From: Phaeosaccion multiseriatum
Taxonomy: Eukaryota > Protista > Ochrophyta, other classes
Length of the DNA: 64,000 bases
Reading direction: 5' to 3'
Assembly: GCA_965112735.1 (NCBI GenBank)
Contig: OZ218957.1
Location: 2,914,001-2,978,000 of the forward strand
A model generated the notes under the pieces. That model did no database searches. It was not told where the DNA came from and was given only the letters and a program-made list of their open reading frames with translations. Numbering within the stretch: position 1 is the first letter of the stretch; each line of letters opens with the position of its first letter. Of this stretch, positions 1 through 13,016 are shown in pieces. The translations under genes were made by a program, and so were the position numbers.

Positions 1-621
1 TGCTCTCCGCCAGCTTGATGCACCCCATGTTGTCCTCCTGCCCCCCCTTCACCTTCACCTGCCTATTACTAGCATATAATATCTCCAAAAAAGTTTCACG
101 ACACATTACCTGCCTACTACTCAATACCTGCCCACTACGAGTATACTTCGAAGTATAATATAGATGCAGTCGCCCTAAGTGATGGGCGCACCCCCGTACA
201 TCAAAGTGTAACCAGTCGAACTCCTGCGAGTGCCAACACATGCAGCGTAATCGCGTCTGCATAAGCTTCCAAAACACAGTCGCCAAGTCAACATGCACAC
301 TACCTTTCAGGTACCCAAACACACCCATAGCCTGCTTCCAATGCCCGGGGCCGAGGTTCTTCATGTACCGCATCCGAGATTACATCGGGGCTGGAGCCCA
401 CTCATGCCCTCTTCGCACCTCTTCGACAAAGGCACGCGAGCCGACCCTTCCATCCACTCGCCTTCATCCCATCGAGTCGGTAGGTAGGGCAAGCGTCTTC
501 CATCGCCCCGCTTCAAAAATGGAAGCGACGTAATATACAAAAGTCATCATAACGTCCCTTTTGAAGCCGCCGCTTATCTCGCCCCCTCCAGCGCCTTGGC
601 AACCCTCTTGGCTACAACCAC

Positions 622-3600
622 TTAACGTACGGTACTGTCCTTGCGGCACTTGGTGCAGCAGCAGGCCAGATAGTCGCACAGAGGGCCCAGCAAGGTGATG
701 GTGCCGGGGCTGTGTGCAAGCCTAAGGTCATCGCGCGACACCGTGAGGAAAGTCTCCGTATTGTTTCCGTGATGCTCCTCCTCCTCCTCCTTTCGATGAA
801 GCAGCTGGACACGCACGGTGTTGGTGGCATTGTCGGCCGCAGGCTCTACCACGCGAGCGAGCGCTATGACGGTCGAGGAGGGGTGCTTTTCGTTGTTGTG
901 GTCTGAACGGCTGCCGTTGACTTTCTGCTCCTCCTCCTCCTCCTCACCTCCGAAGACGTGCATGGGTGCAAGTACCTTGTCGGAGGAGGGCTTCGGCCGC
1001 CGCACGTGCACAAGTCTCCCCTGCAGTGGGGGTGCGTGTGTGTAGCGACAGACGGAGGGACAGATAGACCGACAGACAGCGAGATGTAGGAGTGAGTGAG
1101 CGAGTGAGTGAGTGAGTGCGTAAGTGAGTTACTGGCGGAGCGGATTGATTGGCGTGAATTGGCGGTGTGAGCAGTCGAGAAGAAGAAGAAGAGAGAGAGA
1201 AAGAGATACGGGGACGGGGAGGGGCAGGGGGGGTGCGAGGAAGGGGCGACCCAGGACACTTCGCTCTCGCCCGCTTCCTCTTCTTCTTTGCTTCTGCTCC
1301 GCCCTTCGTTCTTTCTCTCTCTCCTCTACATCTTTACCTTCTTGGCCGCTGCCTTTGCCCCCCATCGCTGCTCTGGTCCGAAGGCGGCCAGGTAGGCAGA
1401 GAAGGGCAGCAGTGAAAATACAACTGACTGGAGGATGAGGAAGAAGATGAAACCGCCAAACTTGGTGAAGAACACCGTGTAGGCGAAGAGTAAGGGAAAC
1501 ACGGCCCCGAGTGTTGATACGGCACCACTAATCGTATCGAAGGGGAGGGAGGGAGGGAGGGGAGGGGGGTATGCGTGTGTGCGTGCGTGCATTTAGAGGG
1601 GGGGGGGGGGGGGGGCAGGATGGGGGGGGGGGGTGAGAAGAGTGAGAGAAGTACAACAGGCGGCTGTTCACTTCGTCTCACCCATCACCAGCAGCGTTAA
1701 TGGAAGTCGTCTTCACACAGCACATCACATTGCCAAAGGGTTCCTGCAAACGCTCTTCTCTTTCGGCCCTCCGCCTCCCTCTGATGGGAGCAGACAGCTC
1801 GCCGTCGCTCGCTCCCTCGGTCCCTCACCCCCACCCTCTCTCTGTCTCTCTCTGTCTCTCCCTCCCTCTATCCCTCTATCCCTCTGTTCCTCCCCCCCTC
1901 CCTCCCTCCCTCCCTCACCTCAGCACCGACATGCCCATGATGCCGAGCATGTCTCTGGTGCGATCCTCTCGAGTCTTGGATGGGCTCTCGAGGTACGAGT
2001 CGGACAGATGCACCGTGTAGTCCACTGCGGTACCATTGTACATCACACATACACGCCATTTGTTGTGGTGCGTTGGTGCATCGGCCGTTAGATGGGATGG
2101 ATGGACAGACAGTGATGAAACCAAGCACAGCACAGCCCACCCAACAACAACAGAGAACAGAGAAGCAAACAGAGTGAGTAAGCGAGGGCGGTGCGAGAGA
2201 AAGAACAAGGGGGGGGAGCAAGGAACCGTTTCAGTGCACAACAAGCATCACATCACCGCACACGTTCTCATATCTGCACCGTCCACCGCCACTACCCAGC
2301 ACTGCGCTCAGCAGCGAGGTCCCTCCTGCTAGTCAATCACGCAAAGTCAGCATACAAGCAAGCAACAAGCAAGCAAGCAAGCAAGCAAGCGAGCAAGCGA
2401 GCGAGAAGCAAGCACAAAGGTAACGAACCTGAAAAGCCGACCACCATGACGTAAATCACGGCCTCGATGACGCCCAACTTCCATCCCCCCACCACGGTGA
2501 AGGCCATCACTCCGAGAACCATGGTCCCAATGGTGAGGGTAGCAACCAGGGAAACGATCCAATTGTGGGTAGCCACACACAAGATAATGAAGGCGACCAT
2601 GAGGGAGATGAGAATGCCGTTCGTCGCCTCGCGAATGATTTTATCCTGTAAGTAGAAGTAGTGGAACGACCCCCCGTCGCCAACAAAGCCGGATGCATAC
2701 ACCGCGCCAGTGGCGGTGCCGTAAACGTCGGTGTCGGTGGCTGCTCGGTCCACCCATTCCGCAACATAGGCCTTCCAAACTATGTACAGATCCTGTGAGT
2801 ACGTGTGTGCATGGGTGAGTGATGTGATGTGAGTGGGCGACTTGACTGACGGACTGATTGAATGACTGACTGACTGATTGATTGAATGCTTGACTGACTG
2901 ACTGTCGGAGTGATTGAATGAATGACTAACTGGCTGACTGATGGACTGCCTGACCGAATGACTGAACCACTTATTGGGTGACTTACTGACTGATTGGGTG
3001 AGCAAGTAACTGACTGCCTGCCTGACTGACAGGCTGACTGACCTGTCCATCGTTAAAGTCGTATGAAGGGCCGATCTGAAGCTGCGCCTCCACCACCATA
3101 TATCGAAGCGTGACAGGATTCTCTGCTGTGACCTCCTCAGCAGTACTTGTCCCCTAGGAGGGAAGGAGGAAGGCGAGGAGGCGAGGCGAGAAGAAGTGAG
3201 TGACCGAGAGGCGAGAGGTTGGTCAATCAACACAGGGAGGGTGCCAGAGGGGGGTCGTAGCTAGGGGGGAGTGCGAGGAAGCAAGAAGACGGGGGAAAGA
3301 CTAGAGCACTCAGCAACAAGACAAGTTACCTATCAACCACTGCAGCTGATGAATGGTCGTCGAATGGCACTTACAGCTACCGGACTGGAATGGACTGGAA
3401 AAAAGGACCCGACCCCACCCCGACCCCCACCCTCAGATCTCGAAGGCAACGCAACGCAAGACTAGGCAAGGCAATGCGAAGAAGCAAATGTCCGTACCCC
3501 GCCTTACATACCCTAATGTTATCAACATATATGTCCGCATAAGTTGAACCGGTGTCTGCAGAGCCCCCAGGGTCAACCTCGGACTCGAGGAAGGTGAGGA

Positions 3601-6600
3601 GCGTATCGCCAAAGACGTCAGCATCAACGATGTAGTCCTCCTCCGCCAGAGTGTCGTCCGTTTGACTGCAGCGTGTCGAGTCGGCCGTGCACCAAGTCTT
3701 GAAGCCGCTGTGTAGGCAGGTGATGGGCTCGGGAATGGTGTCAGAGGGTGCTTGGATAAGCAGATCTGGGGTGGTTGTGGATATGTGGTTGGGAAGGGTC
3801 GGGAAGGAAAGCGATGGGAAGGGAAGAAAGGTGACGACGACAAGACCAGAGGATCTGTACTCGAGCTGCATGTAGAGGCCGTGATACGCTGACGGTGGTG
3901 GAGAGGGACACAAGAAAGTGAGAAAGAGAGTAGACAGGCACTAGATGCAGAGAGAGTGAGGGGGGAAGGCGAAGGGGGAGGGGGGTAAGGGGGCGGCAAC
4001 ACAGAAAAGAAGGCCGAGCGAGGACGAAGAGACAGAGAGAGGGAGAGCGCACGCGCGCGCCTGAGACGCGAATGTTTGCTTCGACCGGGACGTCGTGAGA
4101 TTATCTTCCCTCACCCTCCCTCCCTCCCTCCCTCTCTCCCTCCCTCCCCCCATATGTCTCTCTGTCCATCCGTCCACCCCTCCGTCCCTCACTCACTTTC
4201 CGGTGCTGTGTCCGAGGCGAGAGCGGCACAGAAATCCAGCATCCAGTGCTGAGCGTTGACATCGGCAAGGGCATCCACCGTAAACGCCGTCTCATCCCAC
4301 ACGGGTGCACCCAGATCTTCGATGCGCGTGGGGTCACACTTGCTCCCGTCGCAGTCATCCCTGTCCACACCAAGGAGTCCAAAAGAGACTTGGGCGATGG
4401 TTCGGGTGTCGTCTGCGCTGGCAAAGTACCCCCTCAGCTTCTCCACGGCTTTGATGTATTGGTCTCTGTCCGGGAGCAGCGTGGGTTCGTCTGGGTCGGG
4501 CCGGAGGAAGGAAGTGCCCACGCAGTACAACACAAAGATGGCGCCAAATACGGCCAGGATGACGTACTTGCCCCTATTGATGAAGGGGAAGTACTTCTCG
4601 CGGAAGAACACCTCGGTGGCAGGCTTCTCCACCTTCGCTGCGCCTTCTCTCATCGGCTGAGGAGCGTAGCCACGGGGCTTCTTGTTCGGGCACTGGCAAG
4701 CGTCGGTGGCGAGGCCGGAACAGCAAGATAGGACGGCACTAAGCATTCCTCCTCCTCCTCCTCCTCCTCCTCCTCCCTGTCTTTCCCTTATCGCCTCTCT
4801 CTTGGGCTCTAGCCTGTCGGGGTCGTTGATGTAGTACTCATAGACCATCGTTACCTTGAGGATGGATGGAGGGAGGGAGGGAGGGAGAGGGAGGGGGAGA
4901 GCGAGCAAGTGAGTGCTCACTCACTGACGCTCTCACTGACTCACGCCCTCACTCACGCCCTCACTCATTCACTCACACATATACTTCTTAACTCACGCAC
5001 TCCCTCACTCCCTCACGTCCTCCCTCACTCACTCAATCACTCACTTCCTCACCCACCCACTCACTTACTCAATCACTCCCACTCACTCACCCACCCACTT
5101 CCTCCCTCCCTCATCCCCCCACTCACTCACAGCAGGGTACAACGTCACCACAGTAAGAAAGTTGACGAGGATCAACATGGCCGCGAAAACTCCAAAGCTC
5201 TGAATGGCTGGGAAGCTGCTCGTGGCGTTGGTGAGGAAAGCCACCATCGTTGTCAGCGAAGTGACTGCCATGGCTTTGCCCCCCCGGCGCAAGGTGTGAC
5301 GAAGCTGGTGGGTGACGCTGTCTCCATAGCTCTCGTGGTTGCGCATTTCATTCCAGGTGTTGGCAAACAGGAAAACATCGTCGGCTCCCACCCCCAAGAG
5401 AATAAATATGGCTAGCAAGTTTAGCGTACCTGCGTGTGTGTGTGTGGTGAGGAAGGAAGGAAGGAACGAAGGAAGGGAGGGACGGAGGGAAGAAGGAAGG
5501 AAGGAAGGAAGGAAAGGAAGGACGGAAGTCTCAGTCAGTCAGTCAGTCCGTCCGTCCTTCAGTCCGTACCTCACGCACTTTATACCACAATACATGACGC
5601 ACGCACGCACTGACTCACTCACCGAAGTAGGCGGAGCCAAAAACAATCCGATACAGAATGATGGCAGGACCGAAATTGCCCAAAATCACGAGGAAAGCCA
5701 TCAATCCCAGGAACCACGAACGTAGCTGCCACATGAGGAACGACAACACAAAGATGAAGGTGCCCGCGATGAGGCCCGTGTCCGCCGCCTGAACCTTGGA
5801 GGTGTATTCTTCCTCCATCCCGTTGTTGTTTCCTGTGCGGTTTAAGTCAGTAAGGTTGAGTGAGTCGATGAGTGAGTGGTCCACAGCCTTGTCCACCGCC
5901 ATCATGAGTTCAGTGTTGTTCGTCAACTACTACTACTAGGCCCAGCAGCATCAGGCTGCCTTGCGGGTCCCAAAACACCGCGTGGCTACTGATCTAAGCA
6001 ACCCACCTGCCCAGAAGATTTTCACGCCAGGCACACGATAATCGCTGAGCAAATCTGGGAGAGAGAGAGGGAGGGAGAGAGCGAGAGCGAGGGAGATAGA
6101 GGAGGGAGAGGGAGAGAGCGAGCAAGAGGGACAGAGGGAAAGAGAAAGAAATGGAAAGAGAGAGGGAGAGAGACAGTGTGAGTGTGTGTGAGAGAGACAA
6201 AATGAGACTAGCAGGGCAGGGGCAAAAGGACGCGTACAAAAGAAAGAAAACTGAAACTTACCGTGGTAAGTGTCGTACAAGAACACACCGAGATTCTCGA
6301 TCATGTCATCCTTTCCTGAGGTGTCGGTTTCGTAGAGTTCCCCTGTGCTCTCGTCCCTCACTTGCGGCGAGCCGAAGAGGAGCGTACTACTCATGGCTCT
6401 GACTCTCTGCTCCGCGTTTCCCTCTCCGTTCACTTTACCGAAAGAGCCATCCACCTGGGGGGACAGAAGATTCGGGACGGATATATCCGTGTCCTGGAAT
6501 GTCAGGGCAAAGGGTGTGGCGTCCGTGTCGCTGACCCCCGGGGTGCATGCTACAGAGGAACAGTACGTGGCCCAGTACTCAGTGATGGCGGCCACGTTGG

Positions 6601-7524
6601 CACTGCCGAGGAAGCTCTCGTCCATCTCCATCGCCGTATCGTAAGGATCGCCATAAATGTAAAACTCCGATTGCTGCACCGGAGATTGATCGAATCCGGC
6701 CGCAACCTTGGACGCAAGAACCACGTTTAGGTTCTCTAGACTGGGCACTGTGGGAGACGAGGAAGCGGTGCTGTTTGCGGCCGGAATGAAGTAGGCTGGA
6801 TCCATAAGGTTGATGACCGAGTCGGGCCGCAGACAGATCGGGTCGGAATCGTCGAAGTCGTAAGTCAGCGCACAGAAGGAAGTGTAGGAGGTGGAGCGTT
6901 GTAGAGTGCTTTCGAGGTCTCGAATCCCCGTGAGGATAGAGGACTCCAAAAGCGTGTCGCTGGAGGCGCTGTCCTCGTCCAGCTCGTACACAATCCACAG
7001 AGCGAAATCTCTACGGGAAAGGACAGCAGGGAGCGGGAGGGGGACGGAGAGGGAGATAGAAGAGCAGGGTCAGCGAGAGGGGGAGGGGGCGAAAAACTGG
7101 ACAGAAAGGACAGTGCGAGTAGCAGGCAGAGGGATACAAGGGAGATGGGCTGCAACAGTCCCGACAAGAGACGGACGACTCACGTGTCCACGAACTCTCG
7201 CTCACGGTAGCTCCCCTGAAGGCGGAAGTTCGCCGTGTCCCTGGCAGATGTGAGCGCCACTTGGGACTTGTAGCTCTCGTGCTTATACCAATAAAATGGC
7301 ACGTCGTTCGAGAAGCGAATAAGGTCCACGCCCGCAAAGAGGAGCCCACCAATTGCCAGAAGGACAATAATCAGCATGCTGCACATACAGCAGCAGGAGG
7401 AGCATGGTCTCTTCGCAGTGATGGGGACATTGCAGAAGGGATCGAAGCAGCATTCTTCCTCCTCCGCCTCCTCCTCGTCAAAGAAATACGCATCCTCCTC
7501 CCTTCCGACGACCGCCTTGGCCAT
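622..7524 (-). CDS. Patched/Dispatched-family (RND, sterol-sensing domain) membrane protein, multi-exon
   Basis: Exon fragments across ORFs 7180-7554, 5951-6991, 5615-5926, 5083-5418 (AIFILLGVGADDVFLF = TM4 GxxxDD; LRRGGKAMAVTSLTTMVAF), 4189-4920, 2337-3233 (WKLGVIEAVIYVMVVGFS), 1915-2061 (VDYTVHLSDSY) and 622-1011. Start Met at 7524 and several internal exon edges are approximate. Confidence 0.9.
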
Positions 7525-8512
7525 TGCGTACAAGTGGGGGTTGCTTTTCTCCAAGCACTCTCACATCTGTTGTACAGTTGTAAGTTAGGAAAACCCTTAA
7601 GTGCCATTTTTAGGGTTTGAGGGGGAAGTTGGTCATCGGAAGTGGCCAACTGTGAGGAAACAGTTTTGCGCTTGGTTTGGGCGCGGGTGCTGTCTACTTG
7701 GCAGGAGAGGGAGACGGGGTGGTTGAAAGGTGGGAAGAGGAATGACGCAAGAAACGTGTCACTACGTCTCAAGCACTCAGCACTGGGAACTGGGACGCAA
7801 GTCCACTCAGAGAGGATTATGATGGAAGCCCCCTTCCCCTTTCACCTACCCAGTCCTTTCAGCGACATTTCCCCTGCAGAAGAGGTGGGCGGAGGCGGCA
7901 GTAGCGCCGACGGGACGGTAGCGACGGAGTACGATAGATTTGGCCATAGTCGGGGCCACCATCACGATCACCGCCACGCCTTTAGCAATGAGTCGGCCGG
8001 CAGACCGAGAGGCACGCATGGCAGCGGCTCTGGCCCTGAACGACTCGGCACGGAAGGCGGTGCTCCCAGCCACCATACCAGCTACAGCACCAATAGGTGG
8101 GTTGCTGCGGCGGGAACTTGCAGGGGTTGCGAGTCTGTCCAATCTTGCGCTGCGCCTTCGCTCTCCCAACGTGTCGTCTCTTGTCTCTCTCTCTCTCTCA
8201 CGCACACTTTTCTCTTTGCTCATCCACCTATTGCTTGCCATCCCACGGTGGGCTTCGTCTTCCACCCCATTAACACCCATGCACCGCATGAGCAGCAGAA
8301 AGCAATACCATGCCACGAGGGAAAGGGGGGAGGAGGGAGGAGGCAACAGACACAGTTTCTGGGGCCAAGGTATGGCCTCTCTACGAACCCCAGCGGCAGG
8401 GGTCGCATCGCAACCATCGCAGTGGCAGCCGTCCCCGTCAACCTCAGCCACCACCACCGCGACGCACCGGAGACGCTTGCGCACTCGCTCCACGTCCCCG
8501 AGAGGGGGTGGC

Positions 8513-11257
8513 ATGTCGAGAGGAGGAGGAGGAGGAGGAGGAGGAGAGGGAGGACGAGGAGGTGGGCGAGGAGGAGGATATACAAGGAGGGATATGCCTC
8601 CTTACCTCGAGCGGTCTGGCGGCGGTGGTGACGGATGGAGGGAGGAGGGGAGAGGGTCTACCTCCTCGGCCTCTTTTTCCGAGTACAGGGAGCGCTACGG
8701 ATCGCTCAAGAGCACGTACGAAGATCGGCTCTCGTCTCTGGCGACGGCCTTTGCGCAGATCGGAGAACAACTCATGCAGGACGACACCGTGCGCGCGCTG
8801 CAGCAGGACCCTTCGTCGCTGGCCTTCTTGCCACAGCACCTGGAGGAAGTGGTGTCCGAGCAGATGGCAGCCGAACGGGCTTCGTTCATCAACAGCCTGG
8901 CCAATCGGCTGGCAGACACCGAAGCTCTGCTGACAGAAGCGCGGCGAGAGGTGGGCGTAGCTCTGATGGACGGGGAGGAGCAGGCACAGCAGACGGCGGT
9001 GTCTGTTTCAGAAGAGCTGAGGACTGAGCTGTATGAGCTCAAGGCGAATTACAAGGCAGCCTTGGACGAGAGTGTGGTCGAGCAGGGCAAGCTACGGGAG
9101 GGCATGGCGCAGTGTCAGCTCAAGGAGGCGGCTGTGACGGCGGCGAGGGAGGGCGTGGAGGCGCAGCTGCAGCAGGCAAATGAGGAGATCGAGAGGCTGA
9201 GGGGGACAGAGGGAAGGGTGGAGAGGCTCGCGCAGGAGAACAAACACATCGAAGCTGAGGTGAGGTACAGAGGAGGGACAGGGAGGGGGAGGGGAAGGAA
9301 GGCAGCCAAGGAGGGGTACGTGTAAGTGGACCAGATGGGAACGGGACTCAGTGCGTCGATGCCCGTCCCGTGTGTGACGAACCTCCCCTCTGCTATCGTA
9401 TCGTATCCCTCCCCTTCCCCCCTCCTTCTCTCTTCTCCCTTGCCCTCCCTCTCCAACCCCTCTCCTTGCACCAAACTAACACCCAAACTAACACCCAACC
9501 CCACCACAGCTCCAGCAGGAGAAGCGGCGAAGCGAGCGAATCACCGAGGAGCTGGGCGTGCTGCGGCGCAGAGAGGCTGAACTGTCGGACGGCGCCCAGC
9601 GGTCTCAGCTCACTGTAGCGGAGCTGAAGGCCACAGCGGCCCGGGCAGAGGAGAGGAGACTCATGGCGGAGGAAAAGGCACAGGAGGAGGAGCAGCGCTT
9701 CAAGGTCAGATTGAGGTTGAGGTTGAGTTCGAGTTTTTTGTTTTTGCTTCATTCACTCCGCTCGACTCTCCCAGCTTGGTTCGCCCTTGCTGCTTTTCTT
9801 GCCCTGCTGACGCAACCAAAAGTGTCAACAAGCCCCACAACAAGCACAACAAGCCACGTCTGCCACACACCACTGAAGTCAATCCCCAATCCTGACACCC
9901 CTGACTGACTTGACAAAAATCAGGCCGCCCACGAGCGGATGGAGCAGCTTCTGACCTCCGAAACCGAGGCCAACGCAACCGCCGTCGGAGAGCTGCGGCA
10001 GAGGGCCGAGCAGACGCGAGAGAAGCTCACAGATGAGCTCAAGCGGCAGAGGAGGAAGACGAGGGAGGCGGGGCAGGAGGCAGCACAGTTGAGGCATGAG
10101 GCGGTAGAGCTCAGGAGGGAGAAGGAGGTCGATGCGGAACGGGCCGAAAGGCGGCTGAGAGACGTGCAGGAGTTCTGTAACGCCAAGTTGGCGCAGGGGG
10201 AGGAGCTGGTGATCCAGACCAACGCCCGGCTGGCCCGGGTGGAGGCGGAGGCGAAAGGCGCCATTTGGGAGGCCAGGAAGGACGCGGAAGGGGCGAGGCG
10301 GGAAGCGGCGGCAGCGGAGGCGGCTCGCCTGTCCGCTGAACATGAAAGGGCTTCTGCCGATGCTGCCTCCGCTGCTTCTGCTGCCGCTGCTGCTGCCGCT
10401 TCTGCAGCTGCCGCTTCGGCCGCCATTGAACACGACAGAGACGCGGCCAAGAGCAGGAGCAAGAGCCGCAGGATGAGGAGGGGCGGCGGCGGCGGGGAGG
10501 GGGGAGAGGAGGAGGAGGACGATTGGAGGGAGGCGGACGAGGGAGGAGGAGGAGGGCGAGTGTCTGCTGCGGCGGTACTGGCGCAGAGTGCTCAGAGCAC
10601 TCAGAACAGCCTATTGGAGTATTGCTCCACCCTCACCCAACAGTTGGCGGCTGCGGCGGCTGCCGCCACGAGAGCAGCAGCAGGGGAAGGACAGGGAGAG
10701 AGAGACAGAGACAGAGCCAATAGGGAGAGAGACAACAGAGAGAGGGAGAGGGAGAGGGAGGCAGAGCGAGAGAGAGAGAGGGGCCCCGCTCACCCCCTGT
10801 TCGCTCCAACCACGGATGCGCAGGCTCTGCTGAGTCAGAAGCTGCTGGCGGACCGCCTGGAGGAAGCGACTACAAACATGGCACAGCTGAAACTGTTGCT
10901 CAAGGACCAGGCCAGGAAGGCGCTGCTGGCGGAGAGGAAGGTGGGTTGGCTTGGATGGTTGGCTGGGTGGGCTGGCCCGGTGGGATGAGTGGGTGGGTTG
11001 GGTGGTTGGTTGTTTGGGTTGTGGGCTGGTTGGTTGGTTGGTTGGTTGGTTGGGTGGGTGGGTGGGTGGGGTGTTCGTTGGTTGGTTGGGTGGTCTGTGG
11101 GTTGGAGGCATATGGGTGGGCGATACGGGAAGGCGAAAAGAGAAAAGAAGCAGGTGCTGGGTGGGTGCTTGAGAGTGAGTGAGTGAGTGAGTAAGTGAGT
11201 GGGTGAAGGCCTCCGTGTCTCTATGCTCTTGTACGGTGTGACCCACACACTTTCTCG

Positions 11258-11296
<39 letters not shown>

Positions 11297-12702
11297 ACAG
11301 GAGGAGTCCACTGCTGCAGAGCTCGAGCAGCTTCAGACTGTGCGAGAGGCGCTCGAGCAGAGCAACAAAGACGCTAAGCAACGCCTGGCCTCGGCCGACA
11401 AGGTCAGAAGTTGGTGATAAAGTGATAAAGGTCACAGAAGTTGGTGCAGCACCACACCAAACCAACCCATACCACCGCCACCACCGCACCCGAACACATG
11501 CACAACACCACACCCACACCACAACAGGGCCTCACCACACCCTCTGTCCTGACACCCCCTGTCTTAACAACACTCACCCCTCTGTCCTGACACCCCTCAC
11601 CCCTCTGTCCTGACACCCGTTGCCCCCCATCAGGCGGTGGCCCAGTCGGAGCAGCGAGTCGCAGCGGCCGAGGGCAGAGCCGTGACGGCGGAGGACGAGC
11701 TGCAGGCACGTTACGCAGCTTCATTTCTTGTGTTTTGCCGATTTGACCCCCCCTCTCCGCGCCGCTTGAGTCCCTTCAGACCACCGCACTTTGAAACATT
11801 GAAACAGCTTTGTGATCCGATTTTGACCCCTTCTTTTTGTCAAACCGCGCGTTGCATATCATCAATTACGTGACTCAATACCTGAACTGAGCAGAAGGTC
11901 AAGGCCGTGCTGAGCGCAGGAAGGCAGGAGCTGGACCGCCTCAGGGAGGTGTCTCTGAGGCTTGAGGAGCTCGGGGAAGGCAGCCTAAGGCAGCTCACAG
12001 AGAGGGACAGCAGAGTTGCAGACCTGCAAAGGGCACTCAGAGTGGCTCAAGATGAGCTACGGCAGCTACGCCAGAAGTTGAACCACCAACAGCAGCAGTT
12101 GGTGATGCAGCAGGAGGACAAGCAGCATCAGCTGCAGCAGCAGGGCCGTGGGTTGCCATCCTCCCCAACCCCCTCCTCGTCCTTCTCCGTGGGGGGGGGA
12201 ATTGGAGGGAGAGCGCTTGGCCTACACGTACGGCACCAGGTGTCAGGACTGAGGGAGGGGCTGGAGGACTTGTGCAGTGACGTGAGAGAGGGACAGAGGG
12301 ACTTGGCCGCCATCTGTGACAAGGCCAGGAGGGAGATTCGACGCAGGCACGAGTGGGGCCACAAGCAGCAGCAGCAGCAGTTGGTGATACAGCAGCAGTT
12401 GCAGCAGCAGTTAGCGACATTGCAGCAGCAGCAGCGGAGCCGGGAGGATGCTCTCAAGGCAGGGGCCGAGAGCGAGCGTCGTGAAGCGGTACACAGGTGC
12501 GTGTTCGTGTGTGCGTGTGGTGCGTGGGTGCGTGTGTGGTACGTGGGTGCATGTGTATTGCGTGGGTGCGGGGGGGGGGGTTGGGGGCTGGGTATGCTAC
12601 ACGGCGGGGGAAGATTGAACTTGTTTTGGGTTTGTGGAGACTGCTGTTTTGTTGGTGGTGTCCTCCCCGCTCTCTGTGTCGATACGTTTCTCTCTCTCTC
12701 TT

Positions 12703-12744
<42 letters not shown>

Positions 12745-12963
12745 GTTTCGTGCGATGCGTGTATCTATCTCATGGCCCGTCCGTCCGTCCTCCTCAAACT
12801 CAAATTGCACCTCGCCACACCACACAACCCAAAAGGGCCCTGCGTGAGAGCGAGGAGGCGCAGCAAGGCTTACTCCTGGAGCTTTGTGCAGCGCTCTTGA
12901 GAGAGGTGGACAGCGCTAGGGCTGCGGCTCCTGCCAGTGGCGATACTGCCCATGTCGAGGGAG

Positions 12964-13016
<53 letters not shown>

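Noticed and set aside
7590-7620. Telomere-like AAACCCT/TTTAGGG units
   Set aside because: Only single units, not an array; compatible with chance or a telo-box that cannot be supported.
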